From positions 640,001 to 704,000 of the forward strand of contig JBESAV010000001.1 of the NCBI GenBank assembly GCA_041242255.1: DNA of 64,000 nucleotides, in the 5' to 3' direction. Of this stretch, positions 35,073-44,810 are shown one piece after another (the first letter of the stretch is position 1; every line of letters starts with the position of its first letter). Origin of the DNA: Candidatus Altimarinota bacterium (GTDB lineage Bacteria > Patescibacteriota > Gracilibacteria > UBA1369 > GCA-2718715). The notes under the pieces were generated by a model that was given only the letters and a program-made list of their open reading frames with translations, was not told the origin of the DNA and ran no database searches. Both the position numbers and the translations under genes were made by a program.

Positions 35073-35624
35073 ATGCTTAAGAAATTATTCACCTCTTCAG
35101 TTCGTATTAAGATCTTAGATCTTTTTTTTCATAATCCTGGAGAAGAGTATTATATTCGTGAAATGACGAGATTGTTAGACGAACAAATCAATTCAGTCAG
35201 AAGAGAACTAACCAACTTAAAAAAAGCAGGAGTTCTTAAGAGTAAAACAAAAACCAGAAAGAAATATTACTACCTAGATCCAGATTTCATGCTTCATGAC
35301 GAACTGAAGTCAATTTTTCTAAAGGCTAGCGCAAAAAACACTAAGCTGTCACAAGCTATTAGTAAGATAGGAAACATTAAGTTATTAGTTTTATCAGGTA
35401 ACTTTGTTGAAACTGAAGCTGACGCTGACTTATTGATTGTAGGTGATATAGACAAGTTAGAGTTATCTCATTACCTAGAAGCACAAATTGATTATCCTGT
35501 CAGGTTCTCAGTAATGTCAGAAGAAGACTTCAAATATAGACTAGAATGCAATGACCAGTTCGTATTGAGTATGTTAAAAAACCCAAAGAGCATACAGCCT
35601 ATCAATAAATTAGGAATTCTATAG
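35073..35624 (+). CDS. winged-HTH regulator with C-terminal nucleotidyltransferase-like domain
   Basis: LFTS..R.KIL, YIREM.R...QINSVRREL.NL...G, LSG.F...DADLLIVG. Confidence 0.8.
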   Translation: MLKKLFTSSVRIKILDLFFHNPGEEYYIREMTRLLDEQINSVRRELTNLKKAGVLKSKTKTRKKYYYLDPDFMLHDELKSIFLKASAKNTKLSQAISKIGNIKLLVLSGNFVETEADADLLIVGDIDKLELSHYLEAQIDYPVRFSVMSEEDFKYRLECNDQFVLSMLKNPKSIQPINKLGIL

Positions 35625-35687
35625 CATTGACCTTGCAATAAGTTATATTTTCCATATAATCAGCATGCTTAAAATAACTGTATTAAA

Positions 35688-36164
35688 ATGAATGATGTAT
35701 TATTAAAATACGTTGCACAAGATAACCTAAAGGCTAGACCAGTAGTTAAGCCAGGAATGCGCGTAAAAGTAACTCAAAAAATCAAAGAAGGTGACAAAGA
35801 AAGAAGTCAGTCTTTTGAAGGATTAGTTATAAAAACTAATAAAAAGAAAGGGATCAACCACACTTTCACTGTTAGAACTGTAATCGGTGGTATTGGAGTT
35901 GAAAAAGTTTTCCCACTTCACGCTGAGAATATTGAAGAGATTAAAATCTTAAAACTTAACAAAGTTAGAAGAGCTAAACTTTACTACATGAGAGACAGAT
36001 CAGGTAAGTCTGCTCGTCTAAGAGAGATTAAAACTGATATGGATAAGCTTAACGAGCTTGTAGAACCACAAAAAGTTGAATTAAAGAAAGAAGCCAAACC
36101 AGCTAAAGCTGAAAAAGCTACTGAAGAAAAAACTGAAAACAAAGAGGAAGCAAAATCTAAATAA
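35688..36164 (+). CDS. rplS: 50S ribosomal protein L19 with K/E-rich tail
   Basis: IKEGDKERSQSFEG, TFTVR...GIGVEKVFP, VRRAKLYYMR. Confidence 0.98.
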   Translation: MNDVLLKYVAQDNLKARPVVKPGMRVKVTQKIKEGDKERSQSFEGLVIKTNKKKGINHTFTVRTVIGGIGVEKVFPLHAENIEEIKILKLNKVRRAKLYYMRDRSGKSARLREIKTDMDKLNELVEPQKVELKKEAKPAKAEKATEEKTENKEEAKSK

Positions 36165-36165
36165 T

Positions 36166-37179
36166 CTATTCTTCGCTTAATACATCTTCTAAAACCTCAT
36201 CCAACTCGGCATGAGGTTTTTTATATTCCTTAGCTAATGCTAAACGAACCACATCTGCATAATCCAAATTAGCATCATCCTTCCTTAAATTAATAACAGA
36301 TTTAAGTTCAACATCACTCATCATTGAAAAAACTTTACTAGAATACGATAAACTCACCAATGGCTTGTTAAGCTTTAAAGCAGTTATACCTGCATGCAGT
36401 CTCTCTGCAATAACAAACTTACAATGACTAACATGCTCTAGAGCTTCTTCTAAATCATTTTGAGTATAACCAACTGTGTACTTTCTTTTAACCCCTTCAC
36501 TAAGTATTTCTGATGCAAACTCAGCATCTTCTTTTCCAAAAGACAAAACACATATCTCATTAAACTCAAGAACATCCTCAAGCTCAACCAAAAGGTTATT
36601 TACAACTTTTTTAAGCTGATTATTATCTACTAACCTATACGGTCGAAGATTTATTCCAATCATGTTACTAGTCACCTGCCTTGTTTCTTGTTTCAAATGC
36701 CACACCAAATCATTTACTCTTACAGACTTCTCCGGAAAATGCTCATCTATAAGCTTTTTAGAATAACTATCTCTTACTGAAACCTTATCAACCATACTCA
36801 AAAGAAATTTTACAACCCGATCAATTGAACTAAATGATTGACCAATCATTACAGTAGTTTTTTTAAAAATACTCGCAGCTACAATTATCTGTCCCCATAT
36901 CAATAAAGACATCTTTTCTTCAGGATTTAAAAGCCCACCCCCTCCAAAAACAACTACATCACATCGCTTCAATTCTTTGAAAAATTCAATCCACTTAAAC
37001 TTAAAAAAACTTCTAAAGCCAGCTGGTGGTATCCCAACTGAATCTTCAAATTTTCCAGGACAAGCAAGGACGTAATCAGCCCCGAGTTCATGTATTTGTT
37101 GAATACTTGATAACATCAAAAGATCATCTCCAACATTCCCAGCTCCATAATTTCCTACCAACAAAACTTTTTTCATCAC
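36166..37179 (-). CDS. polysaccharide pyruvyl transferase (CsaB-like)
   Basis: GNYGAGNVGDD, GGGGL, SVRD..S, RLH, YSSKV. Confidence 0.9.
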   Translation of the reverse strand: MMKKVLLVGNYGAGNVGDDLLMLSSIQQIHELGADYVLACPGKFEDSVGIPPAGFRSFFKFKWIEFFKELKRCDVVVFGGGGLLNPEEKMSLLIWGQIIVAASIFKKTTVMIGQSFSSIDRVVKFLLSMVDKVSVRDSYSKKLIDEHFPEKSVRVNDLVWHLKQETRQVTSNMIGINLRPYRLVDNNQLKKVVNNLLVELEDVLEFNEICVLSFGKEDAEFASEILSEGVKRKYTVGYTQNDLEEALEHVSHCKFVIAERLHAGITALKLNKPLVSLSYSSKVFSMMSDVELKSVINLRKDDANLDYADVVRLALAKEYKKPHAELDEVLEDVLSEE

Positions 37180-37802
37180 AAACTAATATTATAACTCTTT
37201 CTGTGTATCCTTTCTAAGCCATGCTGCCTAATCTCTTCCTTATGCAACTTAGTTAGATATGCTTTATGTCTATTATAACTAAAAGGGGAGTCATGACTAT
37301 AAAGTTTCATCATTTCGTCTCTAAACTCTTTTGCGATAATACTTGCAGCAGCAATACATAAACATTTGGAGTCTCCCTTAATAATCGACTTATTATCTGT
37401 AAATAAATACTTATCTGGAACCTTTAAGTTTCCATCCATCAATATAAAATCCACACCAAAACCTGTAGCCTCAAAGTTTCTAAGAAGTCTAGACATAGCC
37501 AGTTTAGAGCAGTCACTTAAGCCATGCTTATCAATTTCCTCGGGCCAAACTATTCCGATCTGATAATCAACTTTGATTTCATTCAGCTCATGAAGAATCT
37601 GCCGCCTTTTCTTGTCAGTTAACTTCTTAGAGTCAGTTAAGCCATCAATAGCTTCTAACTCTTTAATGTACCTAACACCACAAAACACCATTGGTCCTGC
37701 TGCTGGGCCTCTACCTACCTCATCTATCCCTATAATGCAATGATAACCCTTATCTATTAAACTATTTTCCAATTTTAACATCTTTACTAACTTTATTTTC
37801 AC
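37176..37802 (-). CDS. rnhB: ribonuclease HII
   Basis: GIDEVGRG, DSKKL, MDG, IKGD, IAAASIIAK..RD, HRKSY. Start may be the second ATG. Confidence 0.95.
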   Translation of the reverse strand: MKIKLVKMLKLENSLIDKGYHCIIGIDEVGRGPAAGPMVFCGVRYIKELEAIDGLTDSKKLTDKKRRQILHELNEIKVDYQIGIVWPEEIDKHGLSDCSKLAMSRLLRNFEATGFGVDFILMDGNLKVPDKYLFTDNKSIIKGDSKCLCIAAASIIAKEFRDEMMKLYSHDSPFSYNRHKAYLTKLHKEEIRQHGLERIHRKSYNISL

Positions 37803-38535
37803 GCTTTAAACCAGCTGACTTTCTATCATTAATAATTCTAGATCTAACTAGTTCATTTGCCCTGTACAAACTTTCAAAAGTTCCAGCATCAATCCACTCA
37901 TCCTCTAAGAAATTAGCTTTCACTTTAGATTCTTCAAGATAAATATTACTAAGGTCAGTTACCTCATACTCACCTCTACCTGATGGTTTGAGCCTTTCAA
38001 TATAATCAAACATTTTCTCATCATAAATATAGAGACCAGTCACAGCATAATCAGAAGCAGGATTCTCTGGTTTCTCCGTAATATTTGTAATTGTCCTTCC
38101 CTCCAGAGTCGGCACTCCAAATCTTTCAGGATCGTGAACTTTCTTCAAAAAAAGCTCACACCCACCCTCAAATTCAGCAATCTTAACTGAAACATCTTCA
38201 AAATAAATATTATCTCCTAAAATCACAGCCACTTTACTACCTTCACAAAAAGGCTTAGCCTTGTAGATCGCGTTAGCAATACCAAGTGCTTCATCTTGTA
38301 CTGCATAGTTAATTTTACAATCAAAGTCACTACCATCACCTAACAACTCTTTAAACTGGTCTAACTGAAAGCTTCCGGTCACAACTGTCACTTCCTTAAT
38401 ACCCATACTCAATAATGTCTGCAGAGGATAATAAACCATAGGCTTGTCGTAAATAGGTAATAAGTGTTTATTTACCACTTTAGTTAGTGGGTTCAGTCGG
38501 CTACCTCTACCTCCAGCACAAATTATCCCTTTCAT
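37762..38535 (-). CDS. rfbA: glucose-1-phosphate thymidylyltransferase
   Basis: AGGRGSRL.PLT...NKHLLPIYDKPM, LGDN, EKP, RGEYEVTD, WIDAGT. Confidence 0.9.
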   Translation of the reverse strand: MKGIICAGGRGSRLNPLTKVVNKHLLPIYDKPMVYYPLQTLLSMGIKEVTVVTGSFQLDQFKELLGDGSDFDCKINYAVQDEALGIANAIYKAKPFCEGSKVAVILGDNIYFEDVSVKIAEFEGGCELFLKKVHDPERFGVPTLEGRTITNITEKPENPASDYAVTGLYIYDEKMFDYIERLKPSGRGEYEVTDLSNIYLEESKVKANFLEDEWIDAGTFESLYRANELVRSRIINDRKSAGLKRENKVSKDVKIGK

Positions 38536-38536
38536 A

Positions 38537-39799
38537 CTAATTATTAATTATCTCAGTAACTTTCCCTAAAACCTCTGAAGTTTTAAGGTTTTCAGTATCT
38601 TCTGACTCTCTTAGCTTGAATTCAACTTCATCTTTTTCGTTAAGTCTTCCACTCACTACAAGCCTTACAGGTATACCCATAAGATCAGCATCATTAAACT
38701 TATTACCAGCCGAAGTATCTCTATCATCCCACAGGACTTCTACACCAGCATTAGACAAGTCTTTATACAATTTTGAAGCTTGCTCAACCACTTCCTCCTT
38801 ATCTCCAATACTCACCATATAAACATGGAAAGGAGCAATTTGCTTTGGCCATACTAAACCTTTCTCATCAGACATGAGCTCAGCAATAACTCCCATAGTT
38901 CTCCCAGGCCCAATTCCGTAGCAACCCATAATACATGACTGAACCTCACCATTTTCATCAGTAAAATTACAGTCTAAAGCCTTACTATATTTTGTACCCA
39001 GACTAAAAGTATTTCCAACTTCTGAAGCCGACACTTCTTCAAGATCCGTTTTGTTCAAACCTAACTTTTCAATAACTTCATCATTATAAACTTCTTGATT
39101 TAGAGCTATACCCTTAGATTTATCAATGTATATAGTGTCTTCTCCAGCCTCACAAACCACTTGAAACTCATCACTAAAATCAGTGAAAGGAGCTCCATCA
39201 GCAAATGTCCTGTAGGTGTATTCACCAATCCCAAGACGATCAAACACTCTTAAATAAGCAGTAACAGCCTCTTCGTAAAATGCCTCATGCTCTTCCTCTG
39301 ATTTACTAAATGAATACAGATCCTTCATCAAAAATTCACGCATTCTCAAAATTCCATTTTTAGCCCTCAACTCATTTCTAAACTTAGTTTGAAACTGATA
39401 CACAGCCACTGGCAAATCCTTATAAGAGTTTATAAACTTAGACATCATAGCCGTCACAGGTTCTTCATGAGTACAACCCAATGGAAGCTCAGCACCATTT
39501 TTCAATTCTGTTTTAAACCACACATCGATTTTTTCATCACTAATCCTACCAGTTTTCTCCCAATTCTCAGGATTTTGTAGGGCTGTCAGAGCCAATTCTT
39601 GACCACCTAATCCATTCATCTCTTCACGTATAATCGCAACAATCTTATCCAAAACCCTTTTTCCAAGAGGTAAAAAAGAATAAACCCCCGCCATTTCTTT
39701 ATAGATGAAACCAGCCTTCAGAAGATTTATAGCCGATATAGCCGTTTCATCCTTTGGATCATCCTTAGTCGTTTTTATAAATAATTGTGAGTATTTCAT
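38537..39799 (-). CDS. proS: prolyl-tRNA synthetase (short bacterial type, no INS editing domain)
   Basis: GVYSFLPLG, THEE, FQTKFRNE.R...G..R.REFLMKDLYSF, MGCYGIG..R, anticodon-binding domain. Confidence 0.95.
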   Translation of the reverse strand: MKYSQLFIKTTKDDPKDETAISAINLLKAGFIYKEMAGVYSFLPLGKRVLDKIVAIIREEMNGLGGQELALTALQNPENWEKTGRISDEKIDVWFKTELKNGAELPLGCTHEEPVTAMMSKFINSYKDLPVAVYQFQTKFRNELRAKNGILRMREFLMKDLYSFSKSEEEHEAFYEEAVTAYLRVFDRLGIGEYTYRTFADGAPFTDFSDEFQVVCEAGEDTIYIDKSKGIALNQEVYNDEVIEKLGLNKTDLEEVSASEVGNTFSLGTKYSKALDCNFTDENGEVQSCIMGCYGIGPGRTMGVIAELMSDEKGLVWPKQIAPFHVYMVSIGDKEEVVEQASKLYKDLSNAGVEVLWDDRDTSAGNKFNDADLMGIPVRLVVSGRLNEKDEVEFKLRESEDTENLKTSEVLGKVTEIINN

Positions 39800-39802
39800 A
39801 TT

Positions 39803-40642
39803 TTAATTCTTAATTTTTTCTGCATATTCTTTCATCAATTTTTCCATCGATTCATGTACATCGGGGACTTCAATTCCTTTTTCTATCAAATTAGAAGAAT
39901 CTAGAAAATTATTAGAACGCTTTTTAGTTGCTAAACCTAGACTAACAAGTTCCTCCTCAGTTATCCATTCTTTCTCAAGAGTTGGATCCACATACTTCTT
40001 GAACAGGTCAATAATCTCTTTATGCTTAATAGTTCCAGAATTAACCACATGAAAATTACCAGCAATTTTACGCTCCAACAACTCTCTAAAAACCTTAACC
40101 ATATCATCAATAACAGTAACACTATTCTCTACATCAATGATCTTTTCATATGAGACTAGCTTATCTATAATATTCCGAGGTCCAGGCTCACTATCAATTG
40201 GCATTCGAATTCTAGCAATTCCAACATTTTCGTAATTTTCTAAAATCAAATCACCCGCATATTTCGCCCTCGAGTAAACTGCTTGGGGATTCGCAAAGTC
40301 ATCAGGCCTCCACTTTCCATCAGCATGACTAGACTCACCATAAAATACACAACCAGACCCAATATGTAACAAATACACTGCTTTCTTTTTACAAGCCTCA
40401 GCTATATAAAAGGGGAGCAAAGTATTTCCCTCCACGGTTTCTCTCACATGTGTTTCACACCAATCAACATTAGGTTTACCAGTAACACCTGCAGCATTTA
40501 AAACCACATCAGGATTATGCTCAGCGATAACACTCAAAGCATCTTCGATAGATTGGATTTTTTTACTTATAATCACAGAGTCCTCCCATGCCTCATTACA
40601 TTTTTGCCCTATCCAACCAGCACCAATGATCAAAATCTTCAT
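39803..40642 (-). CDS. NDP-4-keto-6-deoxyglucose 3,5-epimerase/4-reductase-like SDR (NRS/ER type)
   Basis: GAGWIG, NAAGVTGKPNVDWCE, SGC, YS..K, RIRMPI, KRSN. Confidence 0.85.
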   Translation of the reverse strand: MKILIIGAGWIGQKCNEAWEDSVIISKKIQSIEDALSVIAEHNPDVVLNAAGVTGKPNVDWCETHVRETVEGNTLLPFYIAEACKKKAVYLLHIGSGCVFYGESSHADGKWRPDDFANPQAVYSRAKYAGDLILENYENVGIARIRMPIDSEPGPRNIIDKLVSYEKIIDVENSVTVIDDMVKVFRELLERKIAGNFHVVNSGTIKHKEIIDLFKKYVDPTLEKEWITEEELVSLGLATKKRSNNFLDSSNLIEKGIEVPDVHESMEKLMKEYAEKIKN

Positions 40643-40647
40643 ACTTT

Positions 40648-41652
40648 CTACTTTAGGTTTTTATAATACTCCTCTTGAAATCTTTTGTGTTCGTCGCTTA
40701 CTACTTTATCACACCAGGTAGTATTTTCTTTGTACCAGGCAATAGTATTTCTCAGTCCCTCTTTAAACTCTATTTGTGGCTCCCAGTCTAATTCCTCACG
40801 TATTTTAGTTGTATCAAGTAAATACCTCTTATCATGACTCTTACGGTCCTCAATATAGTTTTTCAAGGATTTATCACCACCTAATTCATTTAAAATAAAG
40901 TCTGTAATCTCTTCTACGCTCTTTTCAACCCCCGTACCGATATTATAAGCAGTTCCAAGCCTTCCTTTCTTCAATATCATATCAACAGCTCTATTATGAT
41001 CATCAACATGTATCCACTCTCGTTTATTTTCACTACTTTTAAAAATAGGTAACTTCTCACCGTTCAAAACTTTTGTTGTAAAAAGTGGAATCAATTTCTC
41101 AGGAAACTGATATGGGCCATAATTATTTGCACAATGACTTATAGTGACAGGCAGATCAAAGGTATGGAAATAAGCCATAACTTCATGGTTTGCTGCCGCT
41201 TTAGAAGCATTATATGGAGTCCTAGGCATATATGCATCTGTCTCTTTAAAAGATCTATCTTCATCTAATTCCAGATCACCAAAAACCTCACATGTAGATA
41301 TATGATGAAAGCGAATTCCTCCTCTATCTACACATGCTTGCATCAACACCTGTACTCCGAGTGTATTAGTCTCTAGGAAAATATAAGGATTCTCCACTGC
41401 ACGATCATTGTGGGATTCTGCAGCAAAGTTGACCACACAATCTACTCCTTCTAGAGCATCATAAACTTTATCATAATCTTTTATATCTCCCTGAATAAAA
41501 TCCATATCCAGGTCTTTAATCGTCGATTCATTCCCAGCATAGGTCAACAAGTCATACCCAATAACTTTATCACTTGGATACTTGTTATTCCAATATCTAA
41601 CAAAATTTGACCCAATAAACCCAGCTGCACCTGTAACCAAAATTTTCATCAA
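40648..41652 (-). CDS. rfbB: dTDP-glucose 4,6-dehydratase
   Basis: TGAAGFIGSN, LTYAGN, FAAESH.DR, PYNASKA, NNYGPYQFPEKLIP, HDKRY. Confidence 0.95.
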   Translation of the reverse strand: MMKILVTGAAGFIGSNFVRYWNNKYPSDKVIGYDLLTYAGNESTIKDLDMDFIQGDIKDYDKVYDALEGVDCVVNFAAESHNDRAVENPYIFLETNTLGVQVLMQACVDRGGIRFHHISTCEVFGDLELDEDRSFKETDAYMPRTPYNASKAAANHEVMAYFHTFDLPVTISHCANNYGPYQFPEKLIPLFTTKVLNGEKLPIFKSSENKREWIHVDDHNRAVDMILKKGRLGTAYNIGTGVEKSVEEITDFILNELGGDKSLKNYIEDRKSHDKRYLLDTTKIREELDWEPQIEFKEGLRNTIAWYKENTTWCDKVVSDEHKRFQEEYYKNLK

Positions 41653-41658
41653 AAATTC

Positions 41659-43713
41659 TTATAGACTTCTTTCTCTCATCTCAATTTCATAACACTCTAA
41701 TTTATCACCAGGTTCAAGCATTATCTGACCAGTATATTGAATACCACAATCATTCCCAGCATTAATTTCATCCATATCTTTATCAACTCTTTTCAAACTT
41801 TGTATAGTACCCTCACCAACCATCTCATCATTTCTAAACACTCTGAGGGTTGCACCTTTTACAAATTTACCAGTTTTAATTTTTACACCAGCAATCTGCA
41901 TTTTCTTCTTACTAAAGAAAATCTCCATAACATCACCCGTACCATGTTCGATAACAACCTCCTCAGGTTCAAGTAAACCACTCAGAATTCTGGTTATATC
42001 CTCCATCATTTTATAAATAATTTTGTATAGTTTGATATCTACACCTCTTTGTTCAGCAGATCTTTCAATACCTGCCATAATACCTACATGGAAACCAAGT
42101 AAAAGTGCGTTCGATGCAGAAGCCATCATAACGTCAGATTCAGTTATATCACCCACTCCGGAGTGAATAACTTTAACCATAACTTCTTCGTGCTGAATGC
42201 CCTCTAAAGATTTTTTAATCGCTTCGAACGACCCCTTAGTATCAGTTTTAAGTACAACCTTAAGCACTTTCAGTTCACCAGCTTGAATCTGCCTAACTAT
42301 ATCTCCAACAATATTCTTTGCATTTAAGTCATCATTTCTTCTCACAGTCTCAACCTGCACAGCTTGCTCACGAGCATACTTTTCAGACTCCATTACCTGA
42401 GCAATATCCCCAGCTTGTGGAGTCTTAGATAAACCTGCAATAACTACAGGTGTAGCAGGTCCAGCTTCTTCTTGTCTATCACCTTTATCATTCCACATAG
42501 CCTTAACTTTACCATATGCATCCCCAGCTATTATAGGATCACCAATTTTCAACGTACCAGTATTCACAACAACAGTCGCAACCGCTCCAAGTCCTGGCTC
42601 CATATGTGTTTCTACTACAGTCGCAACCGCTTTTCTATTTGGGTTGGCCTTTAGCTCCTGCACTTCAGATACCAACAAAATCATGTCTAAAAGCTTATCA
42701 ATCCCATCACCTTTCAAAGCAGAGATTGGCACCATTATAGTCTCACCACCCCAGTCTTCTGACTGAAGTCCATACTCAACTAGTTCTGATTTAACTTTCT
42801 CTGGGTTAGTCTCAGGTAAGTCCATCTTATTAATAGCCACAATAATCGGCACATCTGCTTCTTTAGCATGATTGATTGCTTCGATTGTTGTTGGTTTAAC
42901 ACCCTCAGTAGCAGAAACTACTAATATAGCTATATCAGTAACTTTAGCTCCTCTCGATCTCATTTCAGTAAATGCTTCATGTCCTGGTGTATCCAAAAAG
43001 GTAATCTTCTTACCTTTCCTAGTAACTTGGTATGCAGCAATATGTTGAGTTATTCCTCCGGATTCACCAGATACGACATCAGTATTTCTAATTGTATCTA
43101 ACAGCTTTGTCTTACCATGATCTACATGCCCCATGATTGTAATAATAGCTGGTCTTTCTTCTAAATCATCAGAGTCATCCTCACCAATAATTGCATCTAT
43201 ATCCTTGCTTAGGAAGTCATCTGCAGAACCTTCAGCATTCTTCTTCTTAACTTGGACTCCAAAATCACCCATCATCAAAGAAACAGTATCATAATCTAAA
43301 ACTTGGTTTATATTCGCCAGAATACCATTTTTCATTAATTCACCAATAATTTTTGCAGCACTAACTCCAGTTTTCTCAGCCAATTCCTTTACAGAGATAG
43401 TATCTCCAATTTCTAAAACATCAGTTTTTAGGTTGCTATTGGAGCTAGAAGATTTTTTACCTGAATCACGACCTGCAGTTTTCTTTCTTTGTTTTTTAAT
43501 AATATCTCTCTCCAAATTCTCATTCATTTGCTCAGCAAGCTTTTCAACAGAAGTCTTTGTCGTTCCAAGCTCATCTTCTAAAAGTTCAGCAATATCACTT
43601 TCAACTGTCAAGTTCTCCGAATCGTACTCAAAATCCCACTCACGGAGCTTCTTTTGTAATTCTTCTACACTACTATTCAGTTTGGTTGCTAAATCCTTTA
43701 AGTTAACAGTCAT
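41659..43713 (-). CDS. infB: translation initiation factor IF-2
   Basis: [27 protein letters not shown]. Confidence 0.98.
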   Translation of the reverse strand: MTVNLKDLATKLNSSVEELQKKLREWDFEYDSENLTVESDIAELLEDELGTTKTSVEKLAEQMNENLERDIIKKQRKKTAGRDSGKKSSSSNSNLKTDVLEIGDTISVKELAEKTGVSAAKIIGELMKNGILANINQVLDYDTVSLMMGDFGVQVKKKNAEGSADDFLSKDIDAIIGEDDSDDLEERPAIITIMGHVDHGKTKLLDTIRNTDVVSGESGGITQHIAAYQVTRKGKKITFLDTPGHEAFTEMRSRGAKVTDIAILVVSATEGVKPTTIEAINHAKEADVPIIVAINKMDLPETNPEKVKSELVEYGLQSEDWGGETIMVPISALKGDGIDKLLDMILLVSEVQELKANPNRKAVATVVETHMEPGLGAVATVVVNTGTLKIGDPIIAGDAYGKVKAMWNDKGDRQEEAGPATPVVIAGLSKTPQAGDIAQVMESEKYAREQAVQVETVRRNDDLNAKNIVGDIVRQIQAGELKVLKVVLKTDTKGSFEAIKKSLEGIQHEEVMVKVIHSGVGDITESDVMMASASNALLLGFHVGIMAGIERSAEQRGVDIKLYKIIYKMMEDITRILSGLLEPEEVVIEHGTGDVMEIFFSKKKMQIAGVKIKTGKFVKGATLRVFRNDEMVGEGTIQSLKRVDKDMDEINAGNDCGIQYTGQIMLEPGDKLECYEIEMRERSL

Positions 43714-43767
43714 ATTCTATATTAAATCACCGAAATATTACGAGAATAAGCCCAATAAGTAAAGGAG

Positions 43768-44742
43768 TTATTCCACTTCAACGAACTCTCCAACTCTATC
43801 TTCTATCTTAGCTAATGAACCATCAATTGAATGTAATTTTTTACTAGATGAAGAAATATGAGACCCAAGAGTTGACATATCTGACCTTAGATTCTTCATA
43901 TCTTTATGCAGTGTAGATACAAATTTTAAAATCTCTTTAGCACTTTGCTCGACTTCCAAACCTTTCAGTCCCATCAATATAGTCTGTAAATAAGCAAAAA
44001 GATTAGTAGGGGAGCAGATAACTACTCTGTTAGACAGTGCATACTTAAGCAATTCAGCATCCATATGCTTTGTTATTTCAAAATAAATTGATTCAGCTGG
44101 AACATACATAATCGCAAAATCCATAGTCCCATCATCTGGAGAAATATACTTTTGAGATATATCAGAAATATGTTTTTTTACATCTCTTACAAATGCTCTT
44201 GTATGGCTTTTAGCAGTATCTTCATCAATACCCACCTCCATAATTTTCTTATAATTCTCTAAAGGAAACTTAGAATCAATAGGTACAAATAAATCTTTTT
44301 TCACATTAATAGCTGCATCAACTATTTGTCCATTTCTTAACCTTTTTTGTGACTCTATTAGGTTTTCTGGAAAATGTTCTTTCAGAATCTCTATCAACAA
44401 ATGCTCTCCCAAATTCCCACGAATCTTTGGGGAAGCCAGCAAACTGTGAAGCCCTGCAATGTCTCTTCCTATAACCTGCATATTTTTTGTGGCTTCTCCA
44501 AGTGCAGAGACTTTCTCGGTTAGTTCCGAGAAAGATTTATTAGTTCTATGGAGATTTTCATCTAAACGGTTATTTTTCATTTCATCCAAGTTCTGTTGAT
44601 GTTTGAAATTACTATCTATTGATTGATTAAGTTTGTATAAATCATTTTTTAAATCACTAAAATCACCTTCCTTCAGCTTAGTGTAAAGCATAAATATAAC
44701 CCCAATCTGAAGCAAGACAACTACACCTAGTAACCAATCCAT
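43768..44742 (-). CDS. rmuC: DNA recombination protein RmuC
   Basis: RGNLGE, IDSKFPL, KKHI.DI..KYI, FAIMYVPAES, SPT. Confidence 0.93.
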   Translation of the reverse strand: MDWLLGVVVLLQIGVIFMLYTKLKEGDFSDLKNDLYKLNQSIDSNFKHQQNLDEMKNNRLDENLHRTNKSFSELTEKVSALGEATKNMQVIGRDIAGLHSLLASPKIRGNLGEHLLIEILKEHFPENLIESQKRLRNGQIVDAAINVKKDLFVPIDSKFPLENYKKIMEVGIDEDTAKSHTRAFVRDVKKHISDISQKYISPDDGTMDFAIMYVPAESIYFEITKHMDAELLKYALSNRVVICSPTNLFAYLQTILMGLKGLEVEQSAKEILKFVSTLHKDMKNLRSDMSTLGSHISSSSKKLHSIDGSLAKIEDRVGEFVEVE

Positions 44743-44752
44743 ATGAATATTT

Positions 44753-44787
44753 AAAAAGAGTGTAACTATTTTACGTTACACTCTTTT
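44753..44787 (-). terminator. hairpin terminator after rpsA (possibly bidirectional)
   Basis: AAAAGAGTGTAAC-loop-GTTACACTCTTTT, a 13-bp inverted repeat. Confidence 0.8.
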
Positions 44788-44810
44788 ATACTCAAATGTT
44801 TTTGATATTT

